This document shows, in pieces, positions 1 through 11,348 of a stretch of 64,000 nucleotides of DNA (position 1 is its first letter; each line of letters opens with the position of its first letter). Source of the DNA: an uncultured Actinomycetota bacterium (GTDB lineage Bacteria; Actinomycetota; Actinomycetes; Mycobacteriales; Pseudonocardiaceae); assembly GCA_963841985.1 (NCBI GenBank), contig CAWJFD010000026.1:2545-66544 (forward strand), written 5' to 3'. The position numbers and the translations under genes are program-made. The notes under the pieces were generated by a model that saw only the letters and a program-made list of their open reading frames with translations, was not told the origin of the DNA and ran no database searches.

Positions 1-1088
1 ACTCCTCAGCCCCCGCGTCATCCGCGCCCGCGCGGTCACCCCGTCCATCGACGTCCTCACCGTCCGCCTCGTCCGCGGGCAGGACCTCAAGACCTGGACC
101 GACCGCTCCGACGCCCTCGCCGAAGCCCTGATGGCGCACCGGGTCGCGATCAGCAAACGCCGCCCCTCGGTGCTCACCGTGGTGGTGGAGCGGGAACTCC
201 CGTTCGCCGAGGTCATCCCCGCACCCGACATCCCCGCCACCGCCGACCTGGTCGACTTGCGGCGGCTGGATGTGGGGGACAACGAGTACGGCGGCCCCTT
301 CCACCTCGACCTGCTCGGCAAACACCTGCTCGTCGCCGGCGCCTCCGGGGCCGGGAAAGGGTCGCTGCTGTGGGGACCCCTGCGGGCGATGGGACCGGCC
401 ATCCGCGACGGCCTGATCCGGGTGCACGGCATCGACCTGAAAGGCGGCGCCGAGCTCGAACGCGGCCGACCCCTGTTCACCAGCTACGCCATCACCCCCA
501 CCGACGCGCTCGACCTGGTCGCCGACTTCCGGGACCGCATGCGCGCCCGGCTGGAATGGATGCGCACCCACGGCGGACAACGGGCCTGCCCCATCACCGT
601 CGAGACCCCGTTCGAGCTGCTGGTCATCGACGAGCTGGCCATGCTCACCGCCTACGGCGACCGCTCCGACGTCCGCGAAGCCCTCCGGCTGCTGGCGGAG
701 ATCATGACCCAAGGCCGGGCACCCCGGTTCTCGGTCGCCGGGTACATCCAAGAACCGTCCAAAGACATCCTGGATGTGCGGGACCTGTTCACCACCCGGG
801 TCTGCCTCGGCGTCACCACCGCCTCCCACGTCGACATGGTGTTGGGCGACGGGGCCCGCGACCGCGGCGCCCTGGCCGACGAGATCCCCGGCGATGCCGC
901 GGCATGCCGGGATCGGGTTCACCATCGACCCGATCACCCGGCTCCCGGTCCGGTTCCGCGCCGGCTACAGCACCGACCACGACATCGACGAACTCGTCAC
1001 CACCTGCCACCCCCGCCCACGCCCCGCCGAGCTGATCCACCTGCCCGCCGGTCGGGGCGGAGATGACGATGATGGGCGGGTGGCGTGA
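1..1088 (+). CDS. traB: FtsK/SpoIIIE-family AICE transfer protein (5' partial; frameshift near 900)
   Basis: Walker A GASGAGKGS, IDLKGGAE, Walker B LVIDE; C-terminus continues in the 774..1088 frame. Confidence 0.88.
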
Positions 1089-1303
1089 TGTGGGCCGTCA
1101 CCGGATGGGCCATCGCCACCTGGCTGAAAACCAGCATCACCCTCGCCGCCGCCCTCGCCGCGGCCTGGTGGCTGTGTGGCGCTGGCTCCGGCGCGTTCAC
1201 CCTCGCCTGCCTCGCCGCCACCGCCGCTGAGCTGTATGTGACCCGGCAGCTGGTCCGGGAATGGTGCAGCGAAGCCCGCATGTCCTGGTGGTGGACCCCA
1301 TGA
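1088..1303 (+). CDS. Small membrane protein of AICE (spread-protein-like)
   Basis: Hydrophobic ~71 aa ORF translationally coupled to traB (TGATG). Confidence 0.6.
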   Translation: MWAVTGWAIATWLKTSITLAAALAAAWWLCGAGSGAFTLACLAATAAELYVTRQLVREWCSEARMSWWWTP

Positions 1304-1783
1304 CCGCACCGCAGCCGAGCTGGGCGAGCGCGGTGACCGGCGGACCTGGACTGGTGGCTCGACCCGCCACCCGCGGCCTGGCGCTCCCGGGCGGTGACCG
1401 CGCGGGGCTGGGACCCGGGCTGGCAGCGGGTCATCACCTGCATCCACGAGGCCGGGCACGCCGTCGTGGCCGAACACCTCGGGGTCCGGGTGACCGCGGT
1501 CGTGGTCAGCCGCGACGGCAGCATCGGGGTCACCGAATGCGACACCACCACCGGTGTCACCTCCGCGGTGATCTCCGTCGCCGGGGTGCAGGCCACCCGC
1601 CGGTTCTGCCAGGAAACCAGCGGCGGCGAGGTCGACTACCGGATGGCCGGCGACGCCCTCACCGGCACCGGCCGCACCGTGGCGTGGGCCGAGCAGCGCG
1701 CCGACGGGGTCATCCACGAGTGCCGCCACGACCTGCTGGTGCTGGCCCGCCAGCTGCACCGCCACGGCCGCAGCGGGCGATGA
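1300..1783 (+). CDS. Small HEXXH metallopeptidase-like protein (start uncertain, possible frameshift near 1390)
   Basis: CIHEAGHAVVAEHLG motif; ATGA overlaps at both ends. Confidence 0.6.
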
Positions 1784-2268
1784 CCATGACCAACAACCAG
1801 CAGACCGATCTGTTCGGCAACCCCGTCACCACCATCCCGGCGCCGTCCGGGCGGGGTCGGGTGGACAGCAACGACATCGACCTCATGCACACCATCGCCG
1901 GCAACGCCGTCCGCTGCGGCTACCTCCTCGTCGGGCACGCCGAGCGGGTCTACACCCGCACCGACCACCACCACGAAGTCGCCCGGGTGCCCCGCTACGA
2001 GGACGACGCGGTGCACCAGCTGCTGCGCCGCCACTGGCTCACCCGCGGCTCCCAACACCGCATCCGCTGCGGCGCCGCCATCCCTGCTCGGCACCGCCGT
2101 CCTCGTCCCCAAAACCACCCGCGAGCAGATCACCCGCTGGGAACGGCTGCAACGCCCCTCGTCCTGGCCCACACCTGCCCACCAACCCCGCCACCGCGCC
2201 AAGCGCCAGCAGCGGCTGGTGGCGGGGTGGTCGACCTCGACCAACACCGGCAACGGAGACGCCCATGA
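1780..2268 (+). CDS. Hypothetical AICE protein (frameshifted)
   Basis: MTNNQQTDLFGNP... with GC3-biased codons; coupled to repSA start. Confidence 0.55.
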   Translation: MTMTNNQQTDLFGNPVTTIPAPSGRGRVDSNDIDLMHTIAGNAVRCGYLLVGHAERVYTRTDHHHEVARVPRYEDDAVHQLLRRHWLTRGSQHRIRCGAAIPARHRRPRPQNHPRADHPLGTAATPLVLAHTCPPTPPPRQAPAAAGGGVVDLDQHRQRRRP

Positions 2269-3660
2269 CCCACACCCCGGTCACCGACCTCCCACCGACC
2301 TCCTCAGCGCCCGCCTCCGCGCCGCCGACTACCGGCAGTGGCGCACCCAGGTCGAGCAGACCCGCGGCTGCTCCATGCCGATCCACCTGCACGGCGGCTC
2401 CCAGATCCGGGACCGCGACGGGGCGGTGCTGCTCGAGCGGGCCGGCACCGTGCTGGCCCCGTGCGGGAACCGCCGCGAAGCCGTCTGCCCGGCCTGCTCC
2501 GACCGCTACCGCACCGACGCGTTCCACCTGCTGCGCGCCGGCCTCGCCGGCGACGAGTCCAAGAACATCCCCGACACCGTCGCCGACCGGCCACGGATGT
2601 TCCTGACCTTGACCGCGCCGTCGTTCGGGCCGGTGCACACCCGCACCCTCACCCGCCGCGGGCACGTCATCCCCTGCCGGTGCGGGGAGCGGCACCGCCC
2701 CGACGACCCGCGGGTCGGGACCGCGGTCGACCCGGACACCTACGACTATCAGGGCGCGGTGCTGTGGCAGGCCCACGCCGGCGCGCTGTGGGCCCGGTTC
2801 ACCACCACCCTGCGCCGCACCCTCGCCGCCCAGCTCGGCGTCCGAGCAGCCGCAGTTCTGCGAGCACGCCCGGCTGTCCTACGCCAAGGTCGCCGAGTAC
2901 CAACGCCGCGGCCTGGTCCACTTCCACGCCGTCCTGCGCATCGACGGCCCCGACGGACCGACCGACCCGCCACCCGCCGGGCTCGACCTGCCCGCGTTCC
3001 GCGCGGCCATCACCGCGGCGGCCCGCGCCACCACCCTCACCATCGCGCGGCCGGACGGGACACCGCTCGTGCTGGGCTGGGGTGTCCAGCTCGACCTACG
3101 GGAGGTCACCCCGACCGCGCGCCGGCAGATCGAAGACCAGCACGGCGAGATCACCGACCTGGCCCTCGCCGGCTACATCGCCAAATACGCCACCAAGACC
3201 ACCGGCGCCACCGACGGCGCCGACCGGCCCATCCGCGACCGCACCCACATCGCGCACCTGCCCATCCCCGACCACCACCGCCGCATGATCAGCACCGCGT
3301 GGGACCTCGGCGGCCTGGCCGACTACGAGCGGGCTGAACCTGCGGCGGTGGGCGCACATGCTCGGGTTCCGCGGCCACTTCCTCACCAAAAGCCACCGCT
3401 ACTCCACCACCTTCACCGCCCTCCGCCGGCAACGGCGGACCTGGCGGCTCGCCGAGGACCTCGCCCAACTCGGCCGCGACACCGACGACCCCGGCGACAT
3501 CCCGCCCGACCTGGACAGCGTCACCGTGATCAACGACTGGTGGCCCATCCACTACGGACACCGCGACGACGGCGAACGCGAACTCGCCGCCGCCATCGCC
3601 GAACGACACCGCAGCGCAGCAACGCAGCACGGTCAACAGGTCAGCAGGAGGTCAGCATGA
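2265..3660 (+). CDS. repSA: RepSA-family replication initiator (several frameshifts)
   Basis: CGNRREAVCPACS, FLTLTAPSFGPVH, EYQRRGLVHFH, GYIAKYATK, RRWAHMLGFRGHFLTKS across frames. Confidence 0.92.
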
Positions 3661-3894
3661 AGTCGTTGGGAGCTGGTCCGTCGCCGTACCTCACGGTGCC
3701 GGAGGCAGCGACGCACCTCAACACGTCGGTGCGCTTCGTCCGGCGTCTGATCTCGGAACGGCGGATCGCGTTCCACCACGTCGGCCGCCACGTGCGCATT
3801 GCTCTGGTCGATCTGGAGGCGTTCGTCCAGGCCGGACGTGTCGAGCCGATGACCGAAGCGGACGTGTGGCGGGACCTGTCGGGGGGTGGCCTGA
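3657..3894 (+). CDS. xis: Excisionase (HTH_17-type)
   Basis: YLTVPEAATHLNTSVRFVRRLISERRIAFHHVGRHVRI; GGAGG RBS; TGATG overlap with int if one G of the G-run is spurious. Confidence 0.88.
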
Positions 3895-5087
3895 TGGCCA
3901 ACCGGCCCGGACACCGTCGCTTCGGCTCCGTCCGGAGGCTGCCCTCCGGCCGGTACCAGGCGAGCTACCTCGGCCCCGATGGTCGCCGGCGGACCGCGCC
4001 GGAAACGTTCGATCGGAAGAAGGACGCCGACCTCTACCTCGTCCCGGGTGGAGTCCGTGATGTCGCAAGGGGAGTGGACCGACCCGCTTCGGGCGAAGAT
4101 CCGCCTCGGCGACTACGCGGAGCGATGGGTGCGCGAACGGGCGTGGACTCCGACCGCGCACGATCGAGCTGTACCGCTGGCTGCTGGGCAAGCACATCGT
4201 GCCGAAGCTCGGTCCGGTCCCGCTGGGGAACCTGACGACACCGATGATCCGGAACTGGCGGGCTGACCTGCTCGACTCCGGGGTGTCGGAGACGATGGCG
4301 GCCAAGTCGTACCGGCTGCTGCGGCGCGGTGCTGAACACGGCCGTCGACGAGGACAGGATCATCCCGCGTAACCCCTGCCGTGTCCGTGGCGCCGACCGG
4401 GAGAGTCCGGCCGAGCGTCCGGTCCTCACGGTGGCGCAGGTGTTCGAGCTGGCGGACGTCGTGCGGTATCGCCGGCTGCGCGTGCTCATCCTGGTGACGG
4501 CCTTTGCGACGCTGCGGTGGGGCGAGGTGACTGCCCTCCGTCGGCGGGACATCGCTCCGGACGGGAGCTGGGTGCGGGTGAGCTTCGCCCACACCGAGGT
4601 CGTCGGCCGCGGGATCGTCGTCGGTCCGCCGAAGTCACGGGCCGGCGTCCGCACCATCAGCATCCCGGAGGCGATCCGCCCGGAGATCGTCAAGCACCTG
4701 ATGACGTACGTGGAGCCGGCGCCCGGACGCGCTCGTGTTCACCGGGCCGAAGGGCGGTGCGCTGCGCCGGGCGCACTTCAACAACCTGACGCAGGTGGGT
4801 GGAGACGGTCAAGCAGCTCGGGGTGCCGGGCCTGCACTTCCACGACCTTCGGCACACCGGCAACCTGCTGGCCGCGCAGACCGGAGCAAGCACCAAGGAC
4901 CTCATGTCCCGGATGGGTCACGACGACATGCGCGCCGCGTTGATCTACCAGCGGGCCACGAGTGAGGCGGACCGGCGCATCGCCGAGCGGCTGAGCGGAC
5001 TGGTGGACGAGCACCGCGGAGCCCGGACCGATGACCCAGATGACGGCGAGGACGGGACGACCGGCGTCCTCGTTCCCGCTCGGCTGA
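3894..5087 (+). CDS. int: Tyrosine recombinase/integrase (frameshifted)
   Basis: RRFGSVRRLPSGRYQASY, LRWGEV, PPKS, FHDLRH, RMGH...ALIYQ. Confidence 0.92.
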
Positions 5088-5172
5088 TCGCACGTGAATC
5101 GCACGCAGCCCGACACGGACCGGGCACAACGAAGGCCCAGGACCGGGAGAGAACCCCGCTGACCTGGGCCTT
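5087..5172. repeat. AICE att arm: ATCGCACG doublet (5087, 5098) and inverted repeat AAGGCCCAGG...CCTGGGCCTT
   Basis: Read directly between int stop and tRNA 3' end. Confidence 0.75.
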
Positions 5173-5177
5173 TGCTG

Positions 5178-5251
5178 TGGAGCGGATGACGGGAATCGAA
5201 CCCGCGTATTCAGCTTGGGAAGCTGATGTTCTACCATTGAACTACATCCGC
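5178..5251 (-). tRNA. tRNA-Gly (CCC)
   Basis: GCGGATGTAGTTCAATGGTAGAACATCAGCTTCCCAAGCTGAATACGCGGGTTCGATTCCCGTCATCCGCTCCA: full cloverleaf with encoded CCA. Confidence 0.98.
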
Positions 5252-5429
5252 AGAGTGCGTCCGAGCCTAGCAGCTCACCCTGCGTACGAACGTCCACGGT
5301 GCGGGTGCGCCCATCTGAGTGGTTCTCAGGTTCTCAGTCTTACTGGCTCGACGCCTGGTCGCCGGTCGGGTCACACTGTCGGGGCATGCGCAAGGCCAGC
5401 TCCCCCGGCCGTTCAAAGGACCCCGAGCA

Positions 5430-6564
5430 ATGACCGAGCTCGAACCGCCCCTTGTCGCTCCCGGAACAGGACCACGACCACGACGTGCTCCTGATCGCCG
5501 GCAGCCGACCCGAGGTGGCCCGGCTCGGCGCCGGTGGCCACGGCCTTCGCCGAGGCCGATCGGATCCGCGCGCTCACCGTGGCCACCGGCCCCGACCCGA
5601 TGACCGTGCACGAGGCGTTCGAGGCGCTCGGCGTGCCGGCCGACGTCACCCAGCTGAGCCAGGAGCCGTGTCGAGCCGCATCCGGCCGCGATCGGCGCGA
5701 TGTTGATGACCCGGCTCGACGGGCTGCTGGTCGACCTCGACCCGTCCGCGGTGATGGTCTACGGCGGCGGGATGACCGCGGCCATCGCCGCCCAGGTCGC
5801 GTTCTGGCGGCAGATCCCGGTGGTGCACCTGCAGGCCGGGGTGGCCAGCGACGATCTGCTCTGCCCGTTCCCGCAGGAGGCGAACCGGCGGGTCATCGGG
5901 CAGCTCGCCTCGCTGTTCCTCACCACCGGCGGGGCGGCGATGGGCAGCCCGATCGGGCCGAACGCGATCCCGGTCGGCGACACCATGGCGGCCAACCCGC
6001 AGCCGTCCGACCTGCGGTTCGTGCAAGCTGCTGCGCCGGGTCCGCGACCGGCGGGCCGCAGCTGGTGCTGGTCGGGCTGGACCGGCTCGACTCGCTCGGC
6101 GTGCTGGCCGGCCTGCCCGATCTGCTCGAACGCGAGCCGAACATCGAGATCGTCTGCTACGGCGAGCTGGCCGCGCACGGCGCCGCCTACCCGCTGCAGC
6201 AGCACGAGCCGGGCCACCGTCGTCCGCAACCTGCCGCTGGACGAGCTGCTCTGGCTGGTCGCGGCGAGCACCGTGCTGGTGTCCGACGATCCCGGGCTGG
6301 TCACCGACGCGCCCGGGCTCGGCACGCCCGGCCGTGCTGGTCGACGGCCCGCACATCCCGCAGCCGGGCGACTCCATCCGCAGCATCCTCAGCCCGGCCG
6401 TGATGGCCACGATCCGGCAGGTGCTCGCGGCCCGGCCGGTGCTGCCCGTCGAACCGTCCGACGGCATGGAGGCCGCGCGCGTCGAGCAGGCGGTGGCCTG
6501 GATGTTCGGGCTGTGCCCGTCGCCGCTGCTCAGCGCGCCGTTCCCGTCCAACACCGACGCCTGA
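5430..6564 (+). CDS. Divergent UDP-GlcNAc 2-epimerase (WecB)-like protein (frameshifted)
   Basis: IAGSRPE, IPVVHLQAG, PFPQEANRRVI, LVSDDPG...LGTP. Confidence 0.7.
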
Positions 6565-6586
6565 CGCGACGCCGTAGGGTGGCGCC

Positions 6587-7169
6587 GTGCTGCTGTCCGA
6601 CGGTGACCTGCGCAAGGAGATCGCGAACGCACGGCTCGTGCTGGAGCCGTGGGATCCGGCGATGCTGCAGCCCTCCAGCATCGACGTCCGGCTGGACCGC
6701 TACTTCCGCGTGTTCCAGAACTCCCGCTACACCCACATCGACCCCGCACAGCAGCAGGACGACCTGACCTCGACGGTCGAGCCCGCCGACGACGAGCCGT
6801 TCGTGCTGCATCCCGGCGAGTTCGTGCTCGGCTCGACGTTCGAGTCGGTGTCGCTGCCCGACGACCTGGCCGGGCCGGCTGGAGGGCAAGAGCTCGCTGG
6901 GACGCCTCGGGCTGCTCACGCACTCCACGGCCGGGTTCATCGATCCCGGCTTCACCGGGCACATCACCCTGGAGCTGTCCAACGTCGCCAATCTGCCGAT
7001 CACCCTCTGGCCCGGGATGAAGATCGGCCAGCTCTGCCTGTTCCGGCTGTCCAGCCCGGCCGAGCGGCCCTACGGCAGTGCCGGGGTCGGCTCCCGCTAC
7101 CAGGGCCAGCGCGGACCGACGCCGTCCAGGGCGCACCAGAACTTCACCCGCATCGACACCCGCCGCTGA
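6587..7169 (+). CDS. dcd: dCTP deaminase (frameshift near 6870)
   Basis: [43 protein letters not shown]. Confidence 0.95.
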
Positions 7170-7251
7170 TCCCAGATACGAGGATCGTGAATTCGACGCG
7201 CGGCGAGTCCGGCCGCCGCGCCGCGGCAACAGTCGTAACCTCGCATCCGCG

Positions 7252-8355
7252 ATGGATCAGGGACCCGCAAGCTCACCGACGGTGCTGCCCTTGCCGCAGC
7301 CACTGAAGTATCCGCCTGCCCTGCGCGAGCCGACCGTCGAAGATCCCGATGTCCCCGACGTTCCCGATGTTCGGGATCGGGAGCCGGATGAGCGGTCCGC
7401 CCTGGCGTCCGACGCCGCGCGGCCGGACGATGCGTCGGGTCGGGCGGGCTGGGCGGATCGGATGTCCGACGGGGTGCGCGGGCGGGCGCTGCGTCGGGCC
7501 GGGCCGGCTGGGCCGGATCGGGCGCAGTGGCGCCGTGCGACAGGCAAGAGATCACAACCGGCATCGACGAGCGGCGGGCCGGGATGGCGGCGGTTCGTCC
7601 GGACCCGGCGGGGCGCGGTCGGGCTGGTCATCGTGGCTGCCGCGCTGCTGCTCTGGCCGTTCGCCGAGCTGTCCTGGATCCCCTGGCTGATCGGTTTCGT
7701 GGCGCTGATCCTGATCCGGCTGCTGCGCCTGGACGGCGTGCTGCGCGGCTGGGACGTGCATCTCGCCGGGGTTGTGGTGATCGCCGGGTTGATGATCACG
7801 ACCACGCCGTGGGCCTGGGCGCTGGCGGCGAGCATCGGGCTGCTGATCGCCGGACTGGCCCGGCTGCCGGCGTGGCGGCTGGCGGCGCTCGGTGCGGCGG
7901 CGTGCCTGCTGGCCGGCGCCGGCTACGTGTGGTCGAACGTGCAACGGGAGGAGCAGGCGGCTGCCGCCTACGCGCCGGTCCAGGAGCAGAGCCGGCAGAA
8001 CCAGGGCGCCACGCGGCCGAACGGCGTGCTGCCGATCCTGCTCAACCGGATCGCGCAGGGCAGCCCGGACGCGATCTGCACCAACCTGCTGGCACCGCAC
8101 GCCCGCGCGCAGTTCGCCGCGTCCGTCGGGCAGCCTGACTGCGACGCAGCCGTCCGGGCGCTGTCCGCACAGGTCACCGATGCCCGCCGCTACGCCGACG
8201 CCGATGCGCCCGGCGAGCTCATCGGAAACGGGTCGATCGTCGACGCCTGCACGCTCGAGTGGGGCCCGAACCCGGCCGGTCCGCAGATCGGGCACCTGAC
8301 GATCACCGCGGTCGCGCCGTCGCGCTACCTGGTGACCGACTTCCGCCCCTGCTGA
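7252..8355 (+). CDS. Hypothetical multi-pass membrane protein with C-terminal extracellular domain
   Basis: Long ORF, several hydrophobic segments, Cys-containing C-terminal domain. Confidence 0.7.
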   Translation: MDQGPASSPTVLPLPQPLKYPPALREPTVEDPDVPDVPDVRDREPDERSALASDAARPDDASGRAGWADRMSDGVRGRALRRAGPAGPDRAQWRRATGKRSQPASTSGGPGWRRFVRTRRGAVGLVIVAAALLLWPFAELSWIPWLIGFVALILIRLLRLDGVLRGWDVHLAGVVVIAGLMITTTPWAWALAASIGLLIAGLARLPAWRLAALGAAACLLAGAGYVWSNVQREEQAAAAYAPVQEQSRQNQGATRPNGVLPILLNRIAQGSPDAICTNLLAPHARAQFAASVGQPDCDAAVRALSAQVTDARRYADADAPGELIGNGSIVDACTLEWGPNPAGPQIGHLTITAVAPSRYLVTDFRPC

Positions 8356-8430
8356 CCTGAGGGTCGACACTGTCGGTCGTGGTGCCGGGCCGGACCCACG
8401 GCACATCGCAGGCACACGGCACATATCGCA

Positions 8431-8470
8431 CGGACACCACACACATGGCCGGCCATGTGTGTGGTGTCCG
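8431..8470. repeat. Perfect 40-bp palindrome between convergent genes (possible bidirectional terminator)
   Basis: CGGACACCACACACATGGCC|GGCCATGTGTGTGGTGTCCG. Confidence 0.85.
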
Positions 8471-8650
8471 GGGGATGTGTGCGGTTGGGCGGCTCGTGAT
8501 CGGGGCCGGGCTCGTGACCGCGACCCGTGGCGGGGCGCGGTGGAGCGGTGGCGGATGCCTGGCCGCAGCTCGGGCTCCGAGCGCTTCAGCGGCTGCCCGC
8601 CCTGATCCGAGGTCGCTCGCGCCCTGGCCCGCTCAGGTCGAGGCTTCCTC

Positions 8651-10933
8651 TCAGTTCGAGGCTTCCTCCTGATCGGCGGGGGTCGGGTCGGTACCGGCTG
8701 AGCCGTTCGGGGCCGGGTCACCGCGGCGCACCGCGTCCAGCAGCATCTGGGACACGTCCTGGATCCGCATCCCATCGCCCTCGCCGCCGCCCTGCTTCTG
8801 CGTCAGCCCGTCGCTGAGCATCGTGCGGCAGAACGGGCAGCCGACGGCGATCGTCCCGCCCGCCTCCCCGCCCGCTCCCACCCCGGACAGCGTGGAGATC
8901 GCCTCCTCGGTGCGGTTGACGTTCACCCGCTGCCCGATGCGCTCCTCCATCCACATCCGCGCCCCTCCCGCGCCGCAGCACATCGACCGGTCGGCGTGTC
9001 GCGGCATCTCGGTGAGCGTCGCCCCCGCCGCCCCGACCAGCGCCCGCGGCTCGGCGTAGACCTCGTTGTGCCGGCCCAGGTAACACGGGTCGTGGTAGGT
9101 CACCGGAGCGCTCGCATCCGGCGCCGCGACCGGCACCAGCTTGCCCTCGCGCACCAGCCTGTTCAGCAGCTGCGTGTGGTGCACCACCTCGTAGTGCCCG
9201 TCGAGCTGGGGGTACTCGCGGCCGAGCGTGTTCAGGCAGTGCGGGCAGGTGGTGACGATCTTGCGGGTGCCTGGTTCGCGCCCCTCGAAGACGGCGTTGA
9301 GCACTTCCACGTTCTGCTGCGCAAGCATCTGGAACAGGAACTCGTTGCCGGAGCGGCGGGCGGCATCCCCTGTGCACGTCTCCTCCGGGCCGAGCACGAC
9401 GTACCCGACGCCGGCGCGGTGCAGCAGCTCCGCGGTGGCCTGGATCGTCTTCTGCTGGCCGTCGTCGAACGCGCCCGCGCAGCCGACCCAGAACAGGTAC
9501 TCGGTCTCGGCGGTCAGCTCGCCGTCGAACACCGGCACGTCGAAGTCGAGCTTCTTGGTCCAGTCCAGGCGGTTGCGGGCGTTCTGCCCCCATGGGTTGC
9601 CCTTGTTCTCCAGGTTCTTGAACAGCGTGCCCAGCTCGGAAGGGAACTCCGACTCGATCAGGACCTGGTGTCGGCGCATGTCGACGATGTGGTCCACATG
9701 CTCGATGTCCACCGGGCACTGCTCCACGCACGCCCCGCAGGTGGTGCACGACCACAGCACGTCGGGGTCGATCACACCGCCCTGCTCCAGCGTGCCCACC
9801 AGCGGCCTGGCCGCCTGCTCGGGACCGGAGCCGGGCACGCGGCCGAATCCGGATTCGGGCACGTGGTGGCCGTGCCCGCCGGCCTGGTCCGCGCCGCCCT
9901 TGATCGAAACCGCGCCTTCCTCGGGCATGTCCTTGCCGCCGATGAGGTAGGGCGCCTTGGCCAGCAGGTGGTCCCGCAGGTCCATGATCACGAGCTTCGG
10001 GGACAGCGGCTTGCCCGTGTTCCACGCCGGGCACTGGCTCTGACAGCGGCCGCACTCGGTGCAGGTGGCGAAGTCGAGCATGCCCTTCCAGGTGAAGTCC
10101 TCCACCTTGCCGCGCCCGAAGACGTCGTCCTCGCCGGGATCCTCGAAGTCGATCTTCTTTCCGCCCGACTCCATGGCCGGCAGCGGGCCGAGCGCCTTCG
10201 GGAAGCGTTTCGCCGATACGTTGACCGGCGCCAGGAAGATGTGCAGGTGCTTGCTGTAGGCGATGATCACGGTGAAGACCAGCATCACGCCGATGTGCAG
10301 CAGCAGGCCGATGCTCTCCAGCACCTCGAGGGTGCCCGGATCGATGCTGGACAGCAGCCGGCCGACGCCGAGCGAGACGAACGCCCCCGACTCGTACGGG
10401 AAGGTGCCCAGAGCCGCGGACGCGCCGCGGAAGAAGAACATGGTCCACAGCACGTTGAAGATCATGAAAAGGATCAGCCAGGCGCCGCCGGTGTGTGATC
10501 CGTAGAAGCGGGACTCCCGGGCCCGCCTGGCCGGGTCGTTGCGCAATCGGATCACGGTGAACACGCCGATGGAGATCAGTGCGGCTGCGGCGATGAAGTC
10601 CTGCACGAATCCGAGCACCGACCACCGACCGATCAGTGGAATGTGGAAATCGGGTACGAACAACGCGCCGTAGGCCTCGATGTACACTGTGATCAGGATG
10701 ACGAACGCCCAGAACGTGAAGAAGTGGGCCAACCCCGGAACGGACCATTTCAGCAGCTTGCGCTGACCGAATACCTCTATGAACTGCGCCCCGATCCGCT
10801 TCTGCAGACCGTCCGTTCGGTCGTGCGCAGGTTGTCCCGAAGAGATCAGTCGATACAGCCAGAAGGCGCGGCGCCCGGACACCGCCACGGCGATCAGTGT
10901 CATCGCCAGTCCGATGACGAGTCGTGCAATCAC
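8651..10933 (-). CDS. Membrane Fe-S oxidoreductase (GlpC/HdrD-type with CCG domains; Rv0338c/FadF-like)
   Basis: TM N-terminus, CTECGRCQSQCP, CTTCGACVEQCP, YHDPCYLGR, CCGAGG. Confidence 0.92.
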   Translation of the reverse strand: MIARLVIGLAMTLIAVAVSGRRAFWLYRLISSGQPAHDRTDGLQKRIGAQFIEVFGQRKLLKWSVPGLAHFFTFWAFVILITVYIEAYGALFVPDFHIPLIGRWSVLGFVQDFIAAAALISIGVFTVIRLRNDPARRARESRFYGSHTGGAWLILFMIFNVLWTMFFFRGASAALGTFPYESGAFVSLGVGRLLSSIDPGTLEVLESIGLLLHIGVMLVFTVIIAYSKHLHIFLAPVNVSAKRFPKALGPLPAMESGGKKIDFEDPGEDDVFGRGKVEDFTWKGMLDFATCTECGRCQSQCPAWNTGKPLSPKLVIMDLRDHLLAKAPYLIGGKDMPEEGAVSIKGGADQAGGHGHHVPESGFGRVPGSGPEQAARPLVGTLEQGGVIDPDVLWSCTTCGACVEQCPVDIEHVDHIVDMRRHQVLIESEFPSELGTLFKNLENKGNPWGQNARNRLDWTKKLDFDVPVFDGELTAETEYLFWVGCAGAFDDGQQKTIQATAELLHRAGVGYVVLGPEETCTGDAARRSGNEFLFQMLAQQNVEVLNAVFEGREPGTRKIVTTCPHCLNTLGREYPQLDGHYEVVHHTQLLNRLVREGKLVPVAAPDASAPVTYHDPCYLGRHNEVYAEPRALVGAAGATLTEMPRHADRSMCCGAGGARMWMEERIGQRVNVNRTEEAISTLSGVGAGGEAGGTIAVGCPFCRTMLSDGLTQKQGGGEGDGMRIQDVSQMLLDAVRRGDPAPNGSAGTDPTPADQEEASN

Positions 10934-11348
10934 GGGTTCCTCCCTGGGGCTGGCCGCGCGCGTGGTGGACCGCGGGCCGTCGCGCTGCAGCCTAAACTGC
11001 CGGGCCGCTCCGGACGCAGTTCCGACGCCTGGATCACTCACCAACCTACTGGCAGGTAACTGATGCCGCGCGCGGAAATGAGTCCCGCGGCGCGCCGGGG
11101 CCGCTCGCTCGATCGTTACAGAACCGGAGGTAGTATCCGCAGCTGGAATCGAATGCGTATCACCCGAACGGCGGATGCAATCACAGGGAGTTCCGTGTTG
11201 TCGCCGCGTTGCGGGCGAGCCGCGTCGGATCCGCTGAACAGTACGGGCCGCTCGAGCAAGGACTGCCGAAAAGCGCAGGTCGGACGTCCGTCGGTGGAGG
11301 GTCGCCGGTCGGCAGCCCGTGCCGGTGGCGGCCACGAAAGGGAGCGTC

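Larger units (their letters stand above)
1..5251 (+). mobile_element. Actinomycete integrative conjugative element (AICE, pSAM2-like), right part, integrated at tRNA-Gly(CCC); left end outside window
   Basis: Order traB (FtsK) - small ORFs - repSA - xis - tyrosine int - arm repeats - tRNA 3' end. Confidence 0.92.
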
